From an uncultured Steroidobacteraceae bacterium (GTDB lineage: Bacteria > Pseudomonadota > Gammaproteobacteria > Steroidobacterales > Steroidobacteraceae): a stretch of DNA of 64,000 nt. Every line of letters starts with the position of its first letter. Position 1 is the stretch's first letter. Positions 28,937 to 38,170 of the stretch are shown in pieces. Position numbers and translations under genes: made by a program. Location: NCBI GenBank assembly GCA_964473595.1, contig CAYYQQ010000001.1, positions 15,231 through 79,230 on the forward strand. Direction: 5' to 3'. The notes under the pieces were generated by a model that ran no database searches, was not told the origin of the DNA, and saw only the letters and a program-made list of their open reading frames with translations.

Positions 28937-30015
28937 CAGTGAAGGCTGCGCACCGAACCGGTGAGAAACCCGCCGTCGAAGCCGCGTCGAATCGCAAGGA
29001 TTTCGCCGAGAATGGACACCGCCACTTCCTGCGGCGTCTCGGCGCCAAGCGCCAGCCCGATCGGGCTTCGTACGCGCGCGAGCCTGGCGGATTCCGGCAC
29101 GAAGCCTTGCACGGCCAGATCGGCCAGCAACTTGTCGTAACGCGGACGCGGGCCCAGGACGCCGATGTAGGCCGCTTCCGACTCGAGGCTGAAACGGAGA
29201 CTCTCCTGGTCGCGCTCGGCCTGGTGGTTCATGATCAGCACGAAGCTTCCCGGGGACAGCTTCACCCTGCCGGCAAACTGACTGAAGTGTGCACACACCC
29301 GTGTTGCGCAAGGAAAACGGTCGGCGGTCAGGAACGCCTCGCGAACATCGACGACGGTCACCACGAACCCGAGCTCCCAACCCAGTTGCGCCACGGGCGC
29401 GGCATCATGTCCGGCACCGAAAATCACGAGCTCGGGCGGCACCAACGCCAGCTCGTAGAAGACCTCAGCGCCGCGGACCTGCTCCGGGCCAGACTGTGGA
29501 TATGCTCTGCCGAGCCGGGCGATGGCGCCTGCTGCCGCTTCCCGCTCGAGGCCCGGATCGGTCAACCCGCCGACGACATTACGGGCGCCGCGAACGATCA
29601 TTCGTCCCGACGCGCCGGCAAGCGGCGTGACCAGCACGGCGGCCTCTCCCTGTTCGAGGATCTTCAGCCACTCGTTCGTGATCGCGTCGTTCTCGAGCCG
29701 CTCGATCCGGATGTCGACGGCGCCGCTGCAGCCCATACCCAAACCCCAGACCGAATCGTCTGCGAGATCGTAGCTGACGATGACCGGCTCGCCGGTGGCG
29801 ATGACACGCGCGGCCGCCTCGGCCACAGTCGGTTCCAGACAGCCGCCGGAGAGCGCACATTCGTACGTCCCGTCCCGACGCACGAACATTCGCGTGCCTT
29901 CACGCCGGTAGGCACTGCCTTTCACCCGCACAATCGTGGCGACGGCCGCAGGCTCGCCGACCGCTCGTGCTTGGCGGATCGCTTCCAGGAGCCGTTCGGT
30001 CTCGCGCCGATCCAT
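28924..30015 (-). CDS. XdhC/CoxI family molybdenum-cofactor insertion chaperone
   Basis: VATIVRVKGSAYRREGTRMFV N-domain and a central Rossmann-like LVIFGAGHDAAPVAQL. ATG 30015 is preferred over the track's 30204. The 3' end overlaps the mocA 3' end by 13 nt (convergent). Confidence 0.8.
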   Translation of the reverse strand: MDRRETERLLEAIRQARAVGEPAAVATIVRVKGSAYRREGTRMFVRRDGTYECALSGGCLEPTVAEAAARVIATGEPVIVSYDLADDSVWGLGMGCSGAVDIRIERLENDAITNEWLKILEQGEAAVLVTPLAGASGRMIVRGARNVVGGLTDPGLEREAAAGAIARLGRAYPQSGPEQVRGAEVFYELALVPPELVIFGAGHDAAPVAQLGWELGFVVTVVDVREAFLTADRFPCATRVCAHFSQFAGRVKLSPGSFVLIMNHQAERDQESLRFSLESEAAYIGVLGPRPRYDKLLADLAVQGFVPESARLARVRSPIGLALGAETPQEVAVSILGEILAIRRGFDGGFLTGSVRSLHCHGD

Positions 30016-30049
30016 ATCGATGACCTTATCCCAGAATCTCGGGAGGGCT

Positions 30050-30751
30050 TTACGCTTTGCGCGCCGCGTCCTCTTCGGCCTCGCGCTCGAAATCTCCTGT
30101 GGCCGCAGCAGGCTCGCCGGAGGGGAGGTCGGGGTAGAACTCGCGCCACACGCCTTCAATGTCCTCGAGCGGCACGTCGATGGCGTGACCGCGGTCGCGA
30201 ACATACTCCATGTGCCGCTTGCCCGCAGCGTCGAAGGAATGGAACACGGCGTCGGACTTGCCGTCGAAATCGAGCGTCTTGACGCCGAAGCGTTCGCAAA
30301 GAGTGCGGTTGAAGGTGGGGGTTGCCTTTATCCATCGCCCCCCGAGCCAGAGTTCGGTGAACCCGTGGTAGGCGAAGACGTCGGTTCCCATTTCGGCTTT
30401 CAGGCGCTCGGTCGTGAGATGGTTCCGTACGTCGGCGAAGCCGAGCCGGGCGGGTATGCCGGCGGCACGGGCAGCGGCGGCGAGTAGGACGGCCTTGGAG
30501 ATGCAGAAACCCCTGCCCGTCTCGAGCGTGGTCGTCGCTTTCAAGCCGTCGACGGTGAGAACGATGCCATAGGGGTCGTAGCGGATCTCGTCGCGCACGG
30601 CGTAGAAGAGCCGGACGGCTTTGTCGACGTCAGTTTGAGCGTCGCCTGCGACGCGCGCCACGAATGCCTGCACGGCGGGCGCATCGCGCTCGATGAACGG
30701 AGTGGGCGCGAGGCATTCAGCGAAGTTGGTGTTGGTAGAATCGTCGGTCAT
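30050..30751 (-). CDS. Transglutaminase-like cysteine peptidase superfamily protein
   Basis: GRGFCISKAVLLAAAARAAGIPARLGFADV (Cys nucleophile context) followed by AYHGFTELW (His). Confidence 0.65.
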   Translation of the reverse strand: MTDDSTNTNFAECLAPTPFIERDAPAVQAFVARVAGDAQTDVDKAVRLFYAVRDEIRYDPYGIVLTVDGLKATTTLETGRGFCISKAVLLAAAARAAGIPARLGFADVRNHLTTERLKAEMGTDVFAYHGFTELWLGGRWIKATPTFNRTLCERFGVKTLDFDGKSDAVFHSFDAAGKRHMEYVRDRGHAIDVPLEDIEGVWREFYPDLPSGEPAAATGDFEREAEEDAARKA

Positions 30752-30859
30752 TCCGGTTCCTCGCGGGCAAGTGGTGACGCGGTGCGGGCACCGTAGCAGC
30801 TAAGGGCTGGCGCGCGCGACGATTTCCGCGCACGATCACGATCACATGCACGTCCACTC

Positions 30860-31642
30860 ATGAGCGCGACCTCCATGCCCCCGGGCTTGCGCGTGTACTG
30901 GCAGCCTGGCTGCACGAGCTGCCTGCGCGCGAAGGAATTCCTGACCGCGCACGGCATCAGCTTCGAGTCGATCAATGTACACGAGCGGCCCGAGGCCGCG
31001 GGCGAACTCGCGGCGCTCGGCGTCCGCACTGTGCCCGTCATCGTGCGCGGTGCGGACTTCGTGCTCGGCCAGGACATTGACGAGCTGGCACGTTTCGTCG
31101 GCGTGATGGAGCAGCGCCAGCGGTTGTCACCCGATGAACTCGCGCACCGCCTGCAGGCCCTGCTGGCCGCCGCGGGCGACCTGTTGGCGGCACTGCCGCA
31201 GGCCCAGCTCGCCACCCGGCTACCGCAGCGCGAGCGCACCTGGCTCGACCTGGGATTTCACGTGGCGATGATTGTGCATGGACTGCTCGAGGCGGCGCAA
31301 GGCGGCGCGCTGACCTACGAACACTACGAACGCCGCGCACCCGTAGCCTGGGTCGACGCACCGCCCGCGCTCGCGTTCCTGCGTGCAACTGCCGCCAGGC
31401 TCGACGCATGGTGGCGCGCGGCACGTGGACAGCCCGTGGCGCTGCTCACGACGTACTTCGGGCCCCAGACGACGGATGCGCTGCTCGAGCGCACGGCTTG
31501 GCACGTGGCCCAGCATTGCCGGCAGCTCGAGTATCTGGCCGTCGAGGTGGCGCGCGTCCCGGATGCGCCACGGCTGGCCGCGGGCATGCTCGACGGAGTG
31601 CCGGTGCCGCAGGCGGTCTGGGATCGCGAGATCCACCCCTGA
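30860..31642 (+). CDS. Glutaredoxin-like (CxxC) N-domain fused to a DinB/YfiT-like helical-bundle domain
   Basis: N-terminus VYWQPGCTSCLRAKEFLTAHGISFESINV ... VPVIV (thioredoxin fold). The C-terminus has His-rich DinB-type helices (GFHVAMIVHGLLEA, TAWHVAQHCRQLEYL). Confidence 0.55.
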   Translation: MSATSMPPGLRVYWQPGCTSCLRAKEFLTAHGISFESINVHERPEAAGELAALGVRTVPVIVRGADFVLGQDIDELARFVGVMEQRQRLSPDELAHRLQALLAAAGDLLAALPQAQLATRLPQRERTWLDLGFHVAMIVHGLLEAAQGGALTYEHYERRAPVAWVDAPPALAFLRATAARLDAWWRAARGQPVALLTTYFGPQTTDALLERTAWHVAQHCRQLEYLAVEVARVPDAPRLAAGMLDGVPVPQAVWDREIHP

Positions 31643-31681
31643 AATGTATGGCATTGTCATTGTTGAAGTCGTCACGGGCGG

Positions 31682-33133
31682 ATGAGGCAGGACATGGTCA
31701 TGGATGACATTGCTTTCCTGGACGCCACGGCGCAGGCAGCCCTTGTGCGCAGCAAGGAGGTTTCGCCGACCGAACTGGTCAGCGGTGCGATTGCACGTAT
31801 CGAACGCCTTAATCCCAGGCTCAATGCGGTCATCACATTTCTTTTTGAGCAGGCCCTGGAGGCGGCAGCCAGGGTCGATCTGGATGCCCCTTTTGCCGGT
31901 GTTCCGTTCTTGCTGAAAGACCTGGTAGCGGATTGCGCGGGCGCACCGCGATCCGATGGTTCGGGCTTCCTGGCCGGCCGCTATATATCGTCCCGTGACA
32001 ATGAACTTGTGAGCCGTTTCAAGAGAGCGGGCCTGATGGTTGTGGGTAAGACGAATACCTCGGAGTTTGGCCTGATGCCAACCACCGAACCTCGGCGATT
32101 TGGCGCCACTCGAAATCCGTGGGATGCCAGCCGCGGTACCGGTGGTTCCAGCGGTGGCTCATCGGCGGCTGTCGCCACGGGCATGGTGGCCGCCGCACAC
32201 GCCAACGACGGCGGCGGATCGATCCGGATTCCAGCCTCATGTTGCGGCCTGGTCGGCCTGAAGCCGACGCGCGGACGCAATAGCCTGGCGCCGGACATGG
32301 GCGATATTGCCGGTGGCATCATCTGCGAACACGTCGTGACCCGTTCAGTGCGTGACAGCGCCGCGATCCTGGACGCCACCGCCGGATCAGTGCCTGGCGA
32401 TCCGTACACGCTACCCTTGCCGGAACGCCCATTTGCTGCAGAAGTGGGTCGCGATCCGGCGCGCCTGCGCATCGGGCTCGGAACGGTGGCCCTGACCGGT
32501 GTACCGGCACATCCGGACTGCGCTGCTGCAGCGCAGTCCACGGCACTTCTATGTGAAGCATTGGGTCACGATGTCGAGGAAGCATCACCGGTGGTCGAAA
32601 GCAGCCAGTTGTTCCGGTCCTTTGGCGGGGTGATGACCGGCTATCTGGGGTGGTCCATCAAGGCCTGGGTGCGGCGTACCGGCTTCACACCTGAGGAAAC
32701 CGATTTCGAACCCGCAACCTGGCGGATGTATCAAAAAAGCCTGGCGCAAAGCGGGGGCGACTACCTGCTGGCCTGGCAAGCCCTGCAGCAGAGCTGCCGC
32801 GATTTCGTCGCATTCTTCACTGCTCATGACATCTGGCTCACGCCGACCCTGGTCCAGCCACCCGTATCTCTGGGTTATTTCGACTACACGCACGAAACAC
32901 GCAAGCAATACATCGATCATCTTGGCCATTTCACCGGCTTCACGCTGATTGCCAACGCGACCGGGCAGCCGGCGATTTCTCTGCCATTGCATTGGACTGA
33001 GCGCGGATTGCCGATTGGCGTGCAATTGACGGGGCGTTTTGGCGACGAGGCGACCCTGATCCGTCTGGCGGCACAACTGGAACAGGCCCGGCCCTGGTCG
33101 CACCGTCGCCCGCCGGCCGAGGCAGCGCCATGA
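31682..33133 (+). CDS. Amidase (amidase-signature family)
   Basis: [45 protein letters not shown] amidase-signature sequence. Confidence 0.9.
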   Translation: MRQDMVMDDIAFLDATAQAALVRSKEVSPTELVSGAIARIERLNPRLNAVITFLFEQALEAAARVDLDAPFAGVPFLLKDLVADCAGAPRSDGSGFLAGRYISSRDNELVSRFKRAGLMVVGKTNTSEFGLMPTTEPRRFGATRNPWDASRGTGGSSGGSSAAVATGMVAAAHANDGGGSIRIPASCCGLVGLKPTRGRNSLAPDMGDIAGGIICEHVVTRSVRDSAAILDATAGSVPGDPYTLPLPERPFAAEVGRDPARLRIGLGTVALTGVPAHPDCAAAAQSTALLCEALGHDVEEASPVVESSQLFRSFGGVMTGYLGWSIKAWVRRTGFTPEETDFEPATWRMYQKSLAQSGGDYLLAWQALQQSCRDFVAFFTAHDIWLTPTLVQPPVSLGYFDYTHETRKQYIDHLGHFTGFTLIANATGQPAISLPLHWTERGLPIGVQLTGRFGDEATLIRLAAQLEQARPWSHRRPPAEAAP

Positions 33134-34401
33134 CCCGTTTGATCAAGGCGGAGGACGTCGGGGAAATTCTGCAAGCCGGCATGACGGTGTTCGTCGCGGG
33201 CGCCACCGCCGAACCCCGTGAGATCTTGCAGGCCCTTGCCAGCCGGGGTCAGTATTGTGCCGGTGTGCGCTTCGTGTCCGTTTCCGTGCCGGGCATCAAC
33301 GGCGTCGATTTCTCGGCGTTCCATCCGCAAGCCAGCTCCACGGCGTTTCTGGCGACAGCGGAAATCCGCAAGTCGATCGCTGCCAGCCGGGTTGATTTCA
33401 TCCCGCTGCACTACAGTGCGATTTACAGCTATCTCGAGCGCGAAATGAAGATCGACGCTGTGCTGTTGCAGTTGCCGCCGGCAGGAAGCGAGGGAGCAGT
33501 TTGCCTGGGGATCAGCGCGGACTTCACACCCGCCGTGCTCGACAAGGCGGGGCTCGTGATCGGCGAGATCAACCAGCGCCAGCCTGCGCCAACGGACAGC
33601 CCGCGAATACCGCTTGCCCGGCTGGATTATGCGATTGCCTGCGACCGGCCGGTCCCTGCGCTTGCCAGTGCAGCGATTAGCGATGCTGCGCGCCTGATCG
33701 GCCGCCACGTGAGTGAACTGATTGAAGACGGCGATTGCATCCAGATCGGCATCGGCGCCATTCCCGACGCGGTCATGGATTGTCTCTCCGGCAAGAATGA
33801 CCTGGGCATCCATTCAGGCATGATCAGCGATCGCGTGATGGCCCTGGTTCAGGCCGGAAATATCACAGGTAGCAGGAAATCACTGGATAAGGGCAGGATC
33901 GTCAGCGGGGTCACGCTGGGTAGCCAGCGCCTGATCGAATGGGCGGGTGAAGCGCCACAACTATCCGTTCGGCCGGTCGCCTATACCCATGACAGCGGGG
34001 TGATCCGCCGGATCGACAACTTCGTATCCATCAACTCCGCCCTGGAAGTCGACCTGTTCGGGCAGGTCAATGCGGACATGCTGGCGGGGCGCCAGTTCAG
34101 CGGCACCGGCGGCGCGGTCGACATGATGCGTGGCGCAGCGCTTTCCGCGGGCGGGCGATCCATCATTGCGCTCGGTGCAACCGCAGACGGTGGCAAGGTT
34201 TCACGCATCGTTGCTGCGCTCGCGCCCCATACCGCGACCACGGCCCTGCGCACGGACATCGATTACGTCGTCACCGAGTACGGCGCGCGGCGGATTCGAC
34301 ACTTGCCAGTCATGGCGCGGGCACAGGCATTGATCGAGATTGCCCATCCGGATTTCCGTGCCCAGCTGCATGATCAGTGGAGTGAATCCACGCGCGGTTG
34401 A
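33130..34401 (+). CDS. Acetyl-CoA hydrolase/transferase family protein (4-hydroxybutyrate CoA-transferase-like)
   Basis: INSALEVDLFGQVNADMLAGRQFSGTGGAVDMMRGA C-terminal domain motif. ATGA overlap with the amidase stop. Confidence 0.75.
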   Translation: MTRLIKAEDVGEILQAGMTVFVAGATAEPREILQALASRGQYCAGVRFVSVSVPGINGVDFSAFHPQASSTAFLATAEIRKSIAASRVDFIPLHYSAIYSYLEREMKIDAVLLQLPPAGSEGAVCLGISADFTPAVLDKAGLVIGEINQRQPAPTDSPRIPLARLDYAIACDRPVPALASAAISDAARLIGRHVSELIEDGDCIQIGIGAIPDAVMDCLSGKNDLGIHSGMISDRVMALVQAGNITGSRKSLDKGRIVSGVTLGSQRLIEWAGEAPQLSVRPVAYTHDSGVIRRIDNFVSINSALEVDLFGQVNADMLAGRQFSGTGGAVDMMRGAALSAGGRSIIALGATADGGKVSRIVAALAPHTATTALRTDIDYVVTEYGARRIRHLPVMARAQALIEIAHPDFRAQLHDQWSESTRG

Positions 34402-34489
34402 TCGCTTGTCCCGGGCACTGCAGTGCCAGAGATGGCTGTGCGCATGAAGACGACGTCTCAGCGCGACAGGTCGTGGGCCCGGGCCAGCT

Positions 34490-35416
34490 TCAGCCGATGA
34501 ATAGTTCGGGATCGGCTGCAACTTCCTCGAGTAACCACTTCCTGAAGGTTTCGATTTTCGGGTAGTCCTTTTTTTCCTTCCTGCAGACGAAATACCACTC
34601 GTTCGGATTCTTGATGCGCCGGCCGGGAAAGATCTCGACCAGCATGCCCGAATCCAGATCCCTGCTCATGTACGGTTGCTGTCCAAGGGCGATGCCCATG
34701 CCCTGCAGGGCAGCAATCAGAGCAAGGTCGTAGCTGTCGAATTGCAGGCCGGAATCGGGATTGACATTGTGGACGCCGTTGGCCTCCAGCCACACCCACC
34801 AATCGCTGTCCGAGGGATATACCTGAAGCATGATGTGCTCGGCCAGATGTTCCGGCGAGCCTATCGGCCCGCGTTTTTCGAGCAAGGCCGGACTGCAAAC
34901 GGGAAACAGCTCGCAGCCAAACAGGTGGTCGTAATTCAATTCCTGATTGGTGGGTTTTCCGATCATCACGCAGGCATCGACATCGTCGCGATGAAAATTC
35001 ACGTCATCCTGCGAGGCGTGGAGGCGCACCTGAATCCCGGGATGCAACTGTTGAAAACGCGGCAGTCGGGGAATCAGCCATCGAATGGTGAATGTCGAAT
35101 ACACCTGGAGCGTCATCGCATCCGAGGAACCGGGCGCACGTATCAGATCCGTTCCCTCGGAGATGCGATCAAACGCATCGCGCAGGATCGCATAATAAAT
35201 TCTTCCGGCTCGGGTCAATTCCACGGCGCGCGTCTTGCGCACGAACAATTCCACGCCCAGGACGGCCTCCAGCCCCTTGACCTGGTGGCTGATAGCCGAC
35301 TGCGAAACCTTGAGTTCCACGGCAGCTTCCTTGAAGCTCTCATGACGTGCCGCCGACTCGAAGGCGCGCATGGCATTCAAGGGTGGCAATCGCCGCCTGC
35401 TGATCACTGGTCTCAT
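34490..35416 (-). CDS. LysR family transcriptional regulator (GcvA/AmpR-like)
   Basis: LPPLNAMRAFESAARHESFKEAAVELKVSQSAISHQVKGLE wHTH motif. Divergent from the DmdA-like operon. Confidence 0.9.
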   Translation of the reverse strand: MRPVISRRRLPPLNAMRAFESAARHESFKEAAVELKVSQSAISHQVKGLEAVLGVELFVRKTRAVELTRAGRIYYAILRDAFDRISEGTDLIRAPGSSDAMTLQVYSTFTIRWLIPRLPRFQQLHPGIQVRLHASQDDVNFHRDDVDACVMIGKPTNQELNYDHLFGCELFPVCSPALLEKRGPIGSPEHLAEHIMLQVYPSDSDWWVWLEANGVHNVNPDSGLQFDSYDLALIAALQGMGIALGQQPYMSRDLDSGMLVEIFPGRRIKNPNEWYFVCRKEKKDYPKIETFRKWLLEEVAADPELFIG

Positions 35417-35659
35417 TTACCCTCTCAGTAACGGGCTTTTTTTCTGGTATACATGAAAAATACTGGGCCAGAAATAAGCACCCGTCAATGGAAACCCGGG
35501 TATAAGGCACGTCATCGGGTGGAAAAACTCAACTGTCGGCGCAAATAGCCCATTTGCCAGCATCGCGCACCGGTGACCGCATTGATGGCAATCGAGATTC
35601 TTGCCCTGTCTTCGGGACCCGGCCGGCTGCGATCCCGCGCCCTGCAATTCTTTCTCCTG

Positions 35660-35673
35660 ATACGAATTAGTAT
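35660..35673. promoter_or_regulatory. Near-perfect 14-bp palindrome ATACGAATTAGTAT; candidate LysR-type operator
   Basis: 6 of 7 symmetric pairs match. It lies 95 bp upstream of the DmdA-like TTG start, in the 351-bp divergent region shared with the LysR gene. Confidence 0.3.
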
Positions 35674-35767
35674 TTCTCGTTTTTCGACAAACAAAACTCA
35701 TTTGCGCGACCCTGCCCCGATTGCGACGATGGCGCTTAGACGCATGCGGTCATGAAAGGAGAATAGA

Positions 35768-36871
35768 TTGTTTGGCATTACGCCATCGGCACGCCTGCGC
35801 CCGTCTCCGTACTTTGAGGCAACCCTCGCCGAAGGCGTGACGGCCTTTACGACCTACAACCATATGCTCATGCCCACGAGCTATGGACATCCGGAACAGG
35901 AGTACTGGCGTCTCATCGATGGCGTATCCCAGTGGGACGTTGCCTGCGAACGCCAGGTGCAATTGAAGGGGCCGGATGCCGGGCGGCTCGCCCAGATCCT
36001 GGCGCCGCGCGACCTGTCGAAATGCCGGGTCGGCCAGGGGAAATACGTGCCGCTGTGCAATCACGCGGGCGTTCTCATCAACGACCCCATCCTTCTGAAA
36101 CTCGCCGATGACCTCTACTGGCTCTCCATCGCAGACAGCAACATCTGGTTCTGGGCGCGGGCAATCGCCGAGGAACGCGGCCTCAATGTCGCGGTGAGCG
36201 AGCCTGATGTTTCACCCATGGCCGTGCAAGGGCCCAAGGCCGAGGATGTCGTGGCGTCGGTATTCGGTGATTGGGTCCGCGAGCTGAAATACTTCTGGTT
36301 CAGGGAAACCGCAATCGACGGCATACCAGCGGTGGTAGCCCGATCCGGCTGGTCGAAACAAGGCGGATTCGAGATCTTCCTGAAGGATGGCGCCAGGGGA
36401 ATGCAGCTTTGGAACATCGTCAAGGAAGCCGGCAAGCCCTGGGGCATCGGGCCGGGCAACCCAAGCTGGTCTGAGCGCGTGGAAAGCGGGCTCATCTCAT
36501 ATGGTGGTGACACCGATAAGGAGACCAACCCGTTCGAAGTGCGCATGGGTAAGTATGTCGATCTGGATGTTGCCGACGACGTGATCGGCATCAAGGCGCT
36601 GCGGCGCATCCACGCCGCAGGACCGCAGCGGCATTCGCTGGGCATCATCCTGGAGGGCAAGGATCCCATCACATTTGGATTCGCCTGGAATGATATTCGC
36701 AAGGATGGCGTGAAAGTCGGCGACATGACGACCTGTGCCTGGTCCTATCGCTTGAAGAAAAACGTCGGCTTTGCCCTGATCTCGACTCGCTGCAAGGCAG
36801 GTGACGCCATCGAAGTCGTCAGGCAGGATAAAGTCATCCCCGGCACACTGACCGAATTGCCGTTTCTGTAG
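35768..36871 (+). CDS. DmdA-like aminomethyltransferase (GcvT family; candidate DMSP or other methyl-onium demethylase)
   Basis: 367 aa, TTG start with AAAGGAGA RBS. RLRPSPYFEATLAEGVTAFTTYNHMLMPTSY, QWDVACERQVQLKGPDA, EPDVSPMAVQGPKA, and ARSGWSKQGGFEIF resemble the DmdA clade as I recall it, rather than canonical GcvT. Confidence 0.6.
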   Translation: MFGITPSARLRPSPYFEATLAEGVTAFTTYNHMLMPTSYGHPEQEYWRLIDGVSQWDVACERQVQLKGPDAGRLAQILAPRDLSKCRVGQGKYVPLCNHAGVLINDPILLKLADDLYWLSIADSNIWFWARAIAEERGLNVAVSEPDVSPMAVQGPKAEDVVASVFGDWVRELKYFWFRETAIDGIPAVVARSGWSKQGGFEIFLKDGARGMQLWNIVKEAGKPWGIGPGNPSWSERVESGLISYGGDTDKETNPFEVRMGKYVDLDVADDVIGIKALRRIHAAGPQRHSLGIILEGKDPITFGFAWNDIRKDGVKVGDMTTCAWSYRLKKNVGFALISTRCKAGDAIEVVRQDKVIPGTLTELPFL

Positions 36872-36947
36872 TTTCCGGATTGTGGTCGCCACGCAATGAA
36901 AGCGCTGGTCCGGGCCACGGGCATTCCGCGCTATTCAGGAGAAAGCC

Positions 36948-38123
36948 ATGACCGAGAGAGTCGACACCATCCTTGCGGCCGCACGCCGTCACTGCGACGA
37001 GGTGATCCGGCCCGAGGTGGATCAGTGGAATGCCATGGGCAAGTGGCCGCGTCACGCATCCGACAAAGCCGCCGCACTCGGATTGACCGGGCTCTATTGT
37101 CCCGAGGAACTGGGCGGGCAAGGCCTCTCCCTGGGCGACGGCATCCGGGTTTATGAGGAACTGGGCAAAGGCGATGGTGCCTATGCCTTCGCGCTGTCGA
37201 TGCACAATATCTGCAGCTATGCGGTCTGCGGATTTGGCACCGATGCGTTCAAGAAGAAATGGGCGCGCGATCTGACCTCCGGGCGAAAGCTGGCGAATTT
37301 CGCGCTGACCGAACCGCAGTCTGGATCGGATGCATCGGTCATGCATTCGCGCGGCCGCATCAATGGCGATGGAACCTGGACCATCAGCGGTGCGAAAGCC
37401 TGGGTGTCGCTCGCCGGCGTAGCCGATTTCTACCTCACCGTGGTCAAGACCTCAGACGCGCCCGGACACAAGGACATGGCGATGATCGCCATCCCGAAGG
37501 AGGCCAGGGGGCTCAGCTTCGGCCCGCGCTATGAGACGCCTTCCTATAATTTCCTGCCGATGTCCGAGATGTATCTCGCTGACGTCACCGTGCCGCAGGA
37601 AAACATCATCCTGCCAGTGGGCAAGGGGCTGCAGGGCTCGCTCATGGCCATCGACATCGCGCGTGTTTCCATCGCTTCGGGTTGCTGCGGGCTGATGCAG
37701 GCCGCACTCGACACGGCACTCTCTTATTCCAAGAACCGCAAGATGTTTGGTGGCGTAAATCTCGACCTCGATGGCATCCTGTGGATGCTTGGCGATATCG
37801 CAACAGAGCTTGAGGCTTCGCGCCTTCTTTATCGTGCCGCCGCTAATGCGCTGGGCACTCCGCAGGGTACCTTGCTCGCCGCACACGCCAAGCGCTTCGT
37901 GCCGGACGCAGCAGTCAGGGCGGCCAACACCTGTACGCAGGTGCTCGGCGGCATGGGGCTCCTGAAACCTTATGGGTTGGATCGGCTCAGCCGTCTGTCA
38001 CAGATGCTGCGCATCGTCGATGGCACCACTGAAATCGCGCGCGTCGTGATCGGCCGGGCCTTGCAGAAGCGCGCCGCAGGATTGCCCGATCTGCCGGTGC
38101 CGAAGGGCTTCGGCGAGACCTGA
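36948..38123 (+). CDS. Acyl-CoA dehydrogenase
   Basis: LTEPQSGSDASVM, and C-terminal LDRLSRLSQMLRIVDGTTEIARVVIGR. AGGAGA RBS. Confidence 0.85.
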   Translation: MTERVDTILAAARRHCDEVIRPEVDQWNAMGKWPRHASDKAAALGLTGLYCPEELGGQGLSLGDGIRVYEELGKGDGAYAFALSMHNICSYAVCGFGTDAFKKKWARDLTSGRKLANFALTEPQSGSDASVMHSRGRINGDGTWTISGAKAWVSLAGVADFYLTVVKTSDAPGHKDMAMIAIPKEARGLSFGPRYETPSYNFLPMSEMYLADVTVPQENIILPVGKGLQGSLMAIDIARVSIASGCCGLMQAALDTALSYSKNRKMFGGVNLDLDGILWMLGDIATELEASRLLYRAAANALGTPQGTLLAAHAKRFVPDAAVRAANTCTQVLGGMGLLKPYGLDRLSRLSQMLRIVDGTTEIARVVIGRALQKRAAGLPDLPVPKGFGET

Positions 38124-38170
38124 AGCGTTCTTCGCGTTCGGCATGTAATCGAGATCAAAGGGAGATGACG

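Noticed and set aside
34414-34427. Perfect 14-nt palindrome GGCACTGCAGTGCC between the convergent CoA-transferase and LysR genes, considered as a bidirectional terminator
   Set aside because: The stem is only 5 bp with a 4-nt loop, and there is no flanking T/A tract. That is too weak to call an intrinsic terminator.
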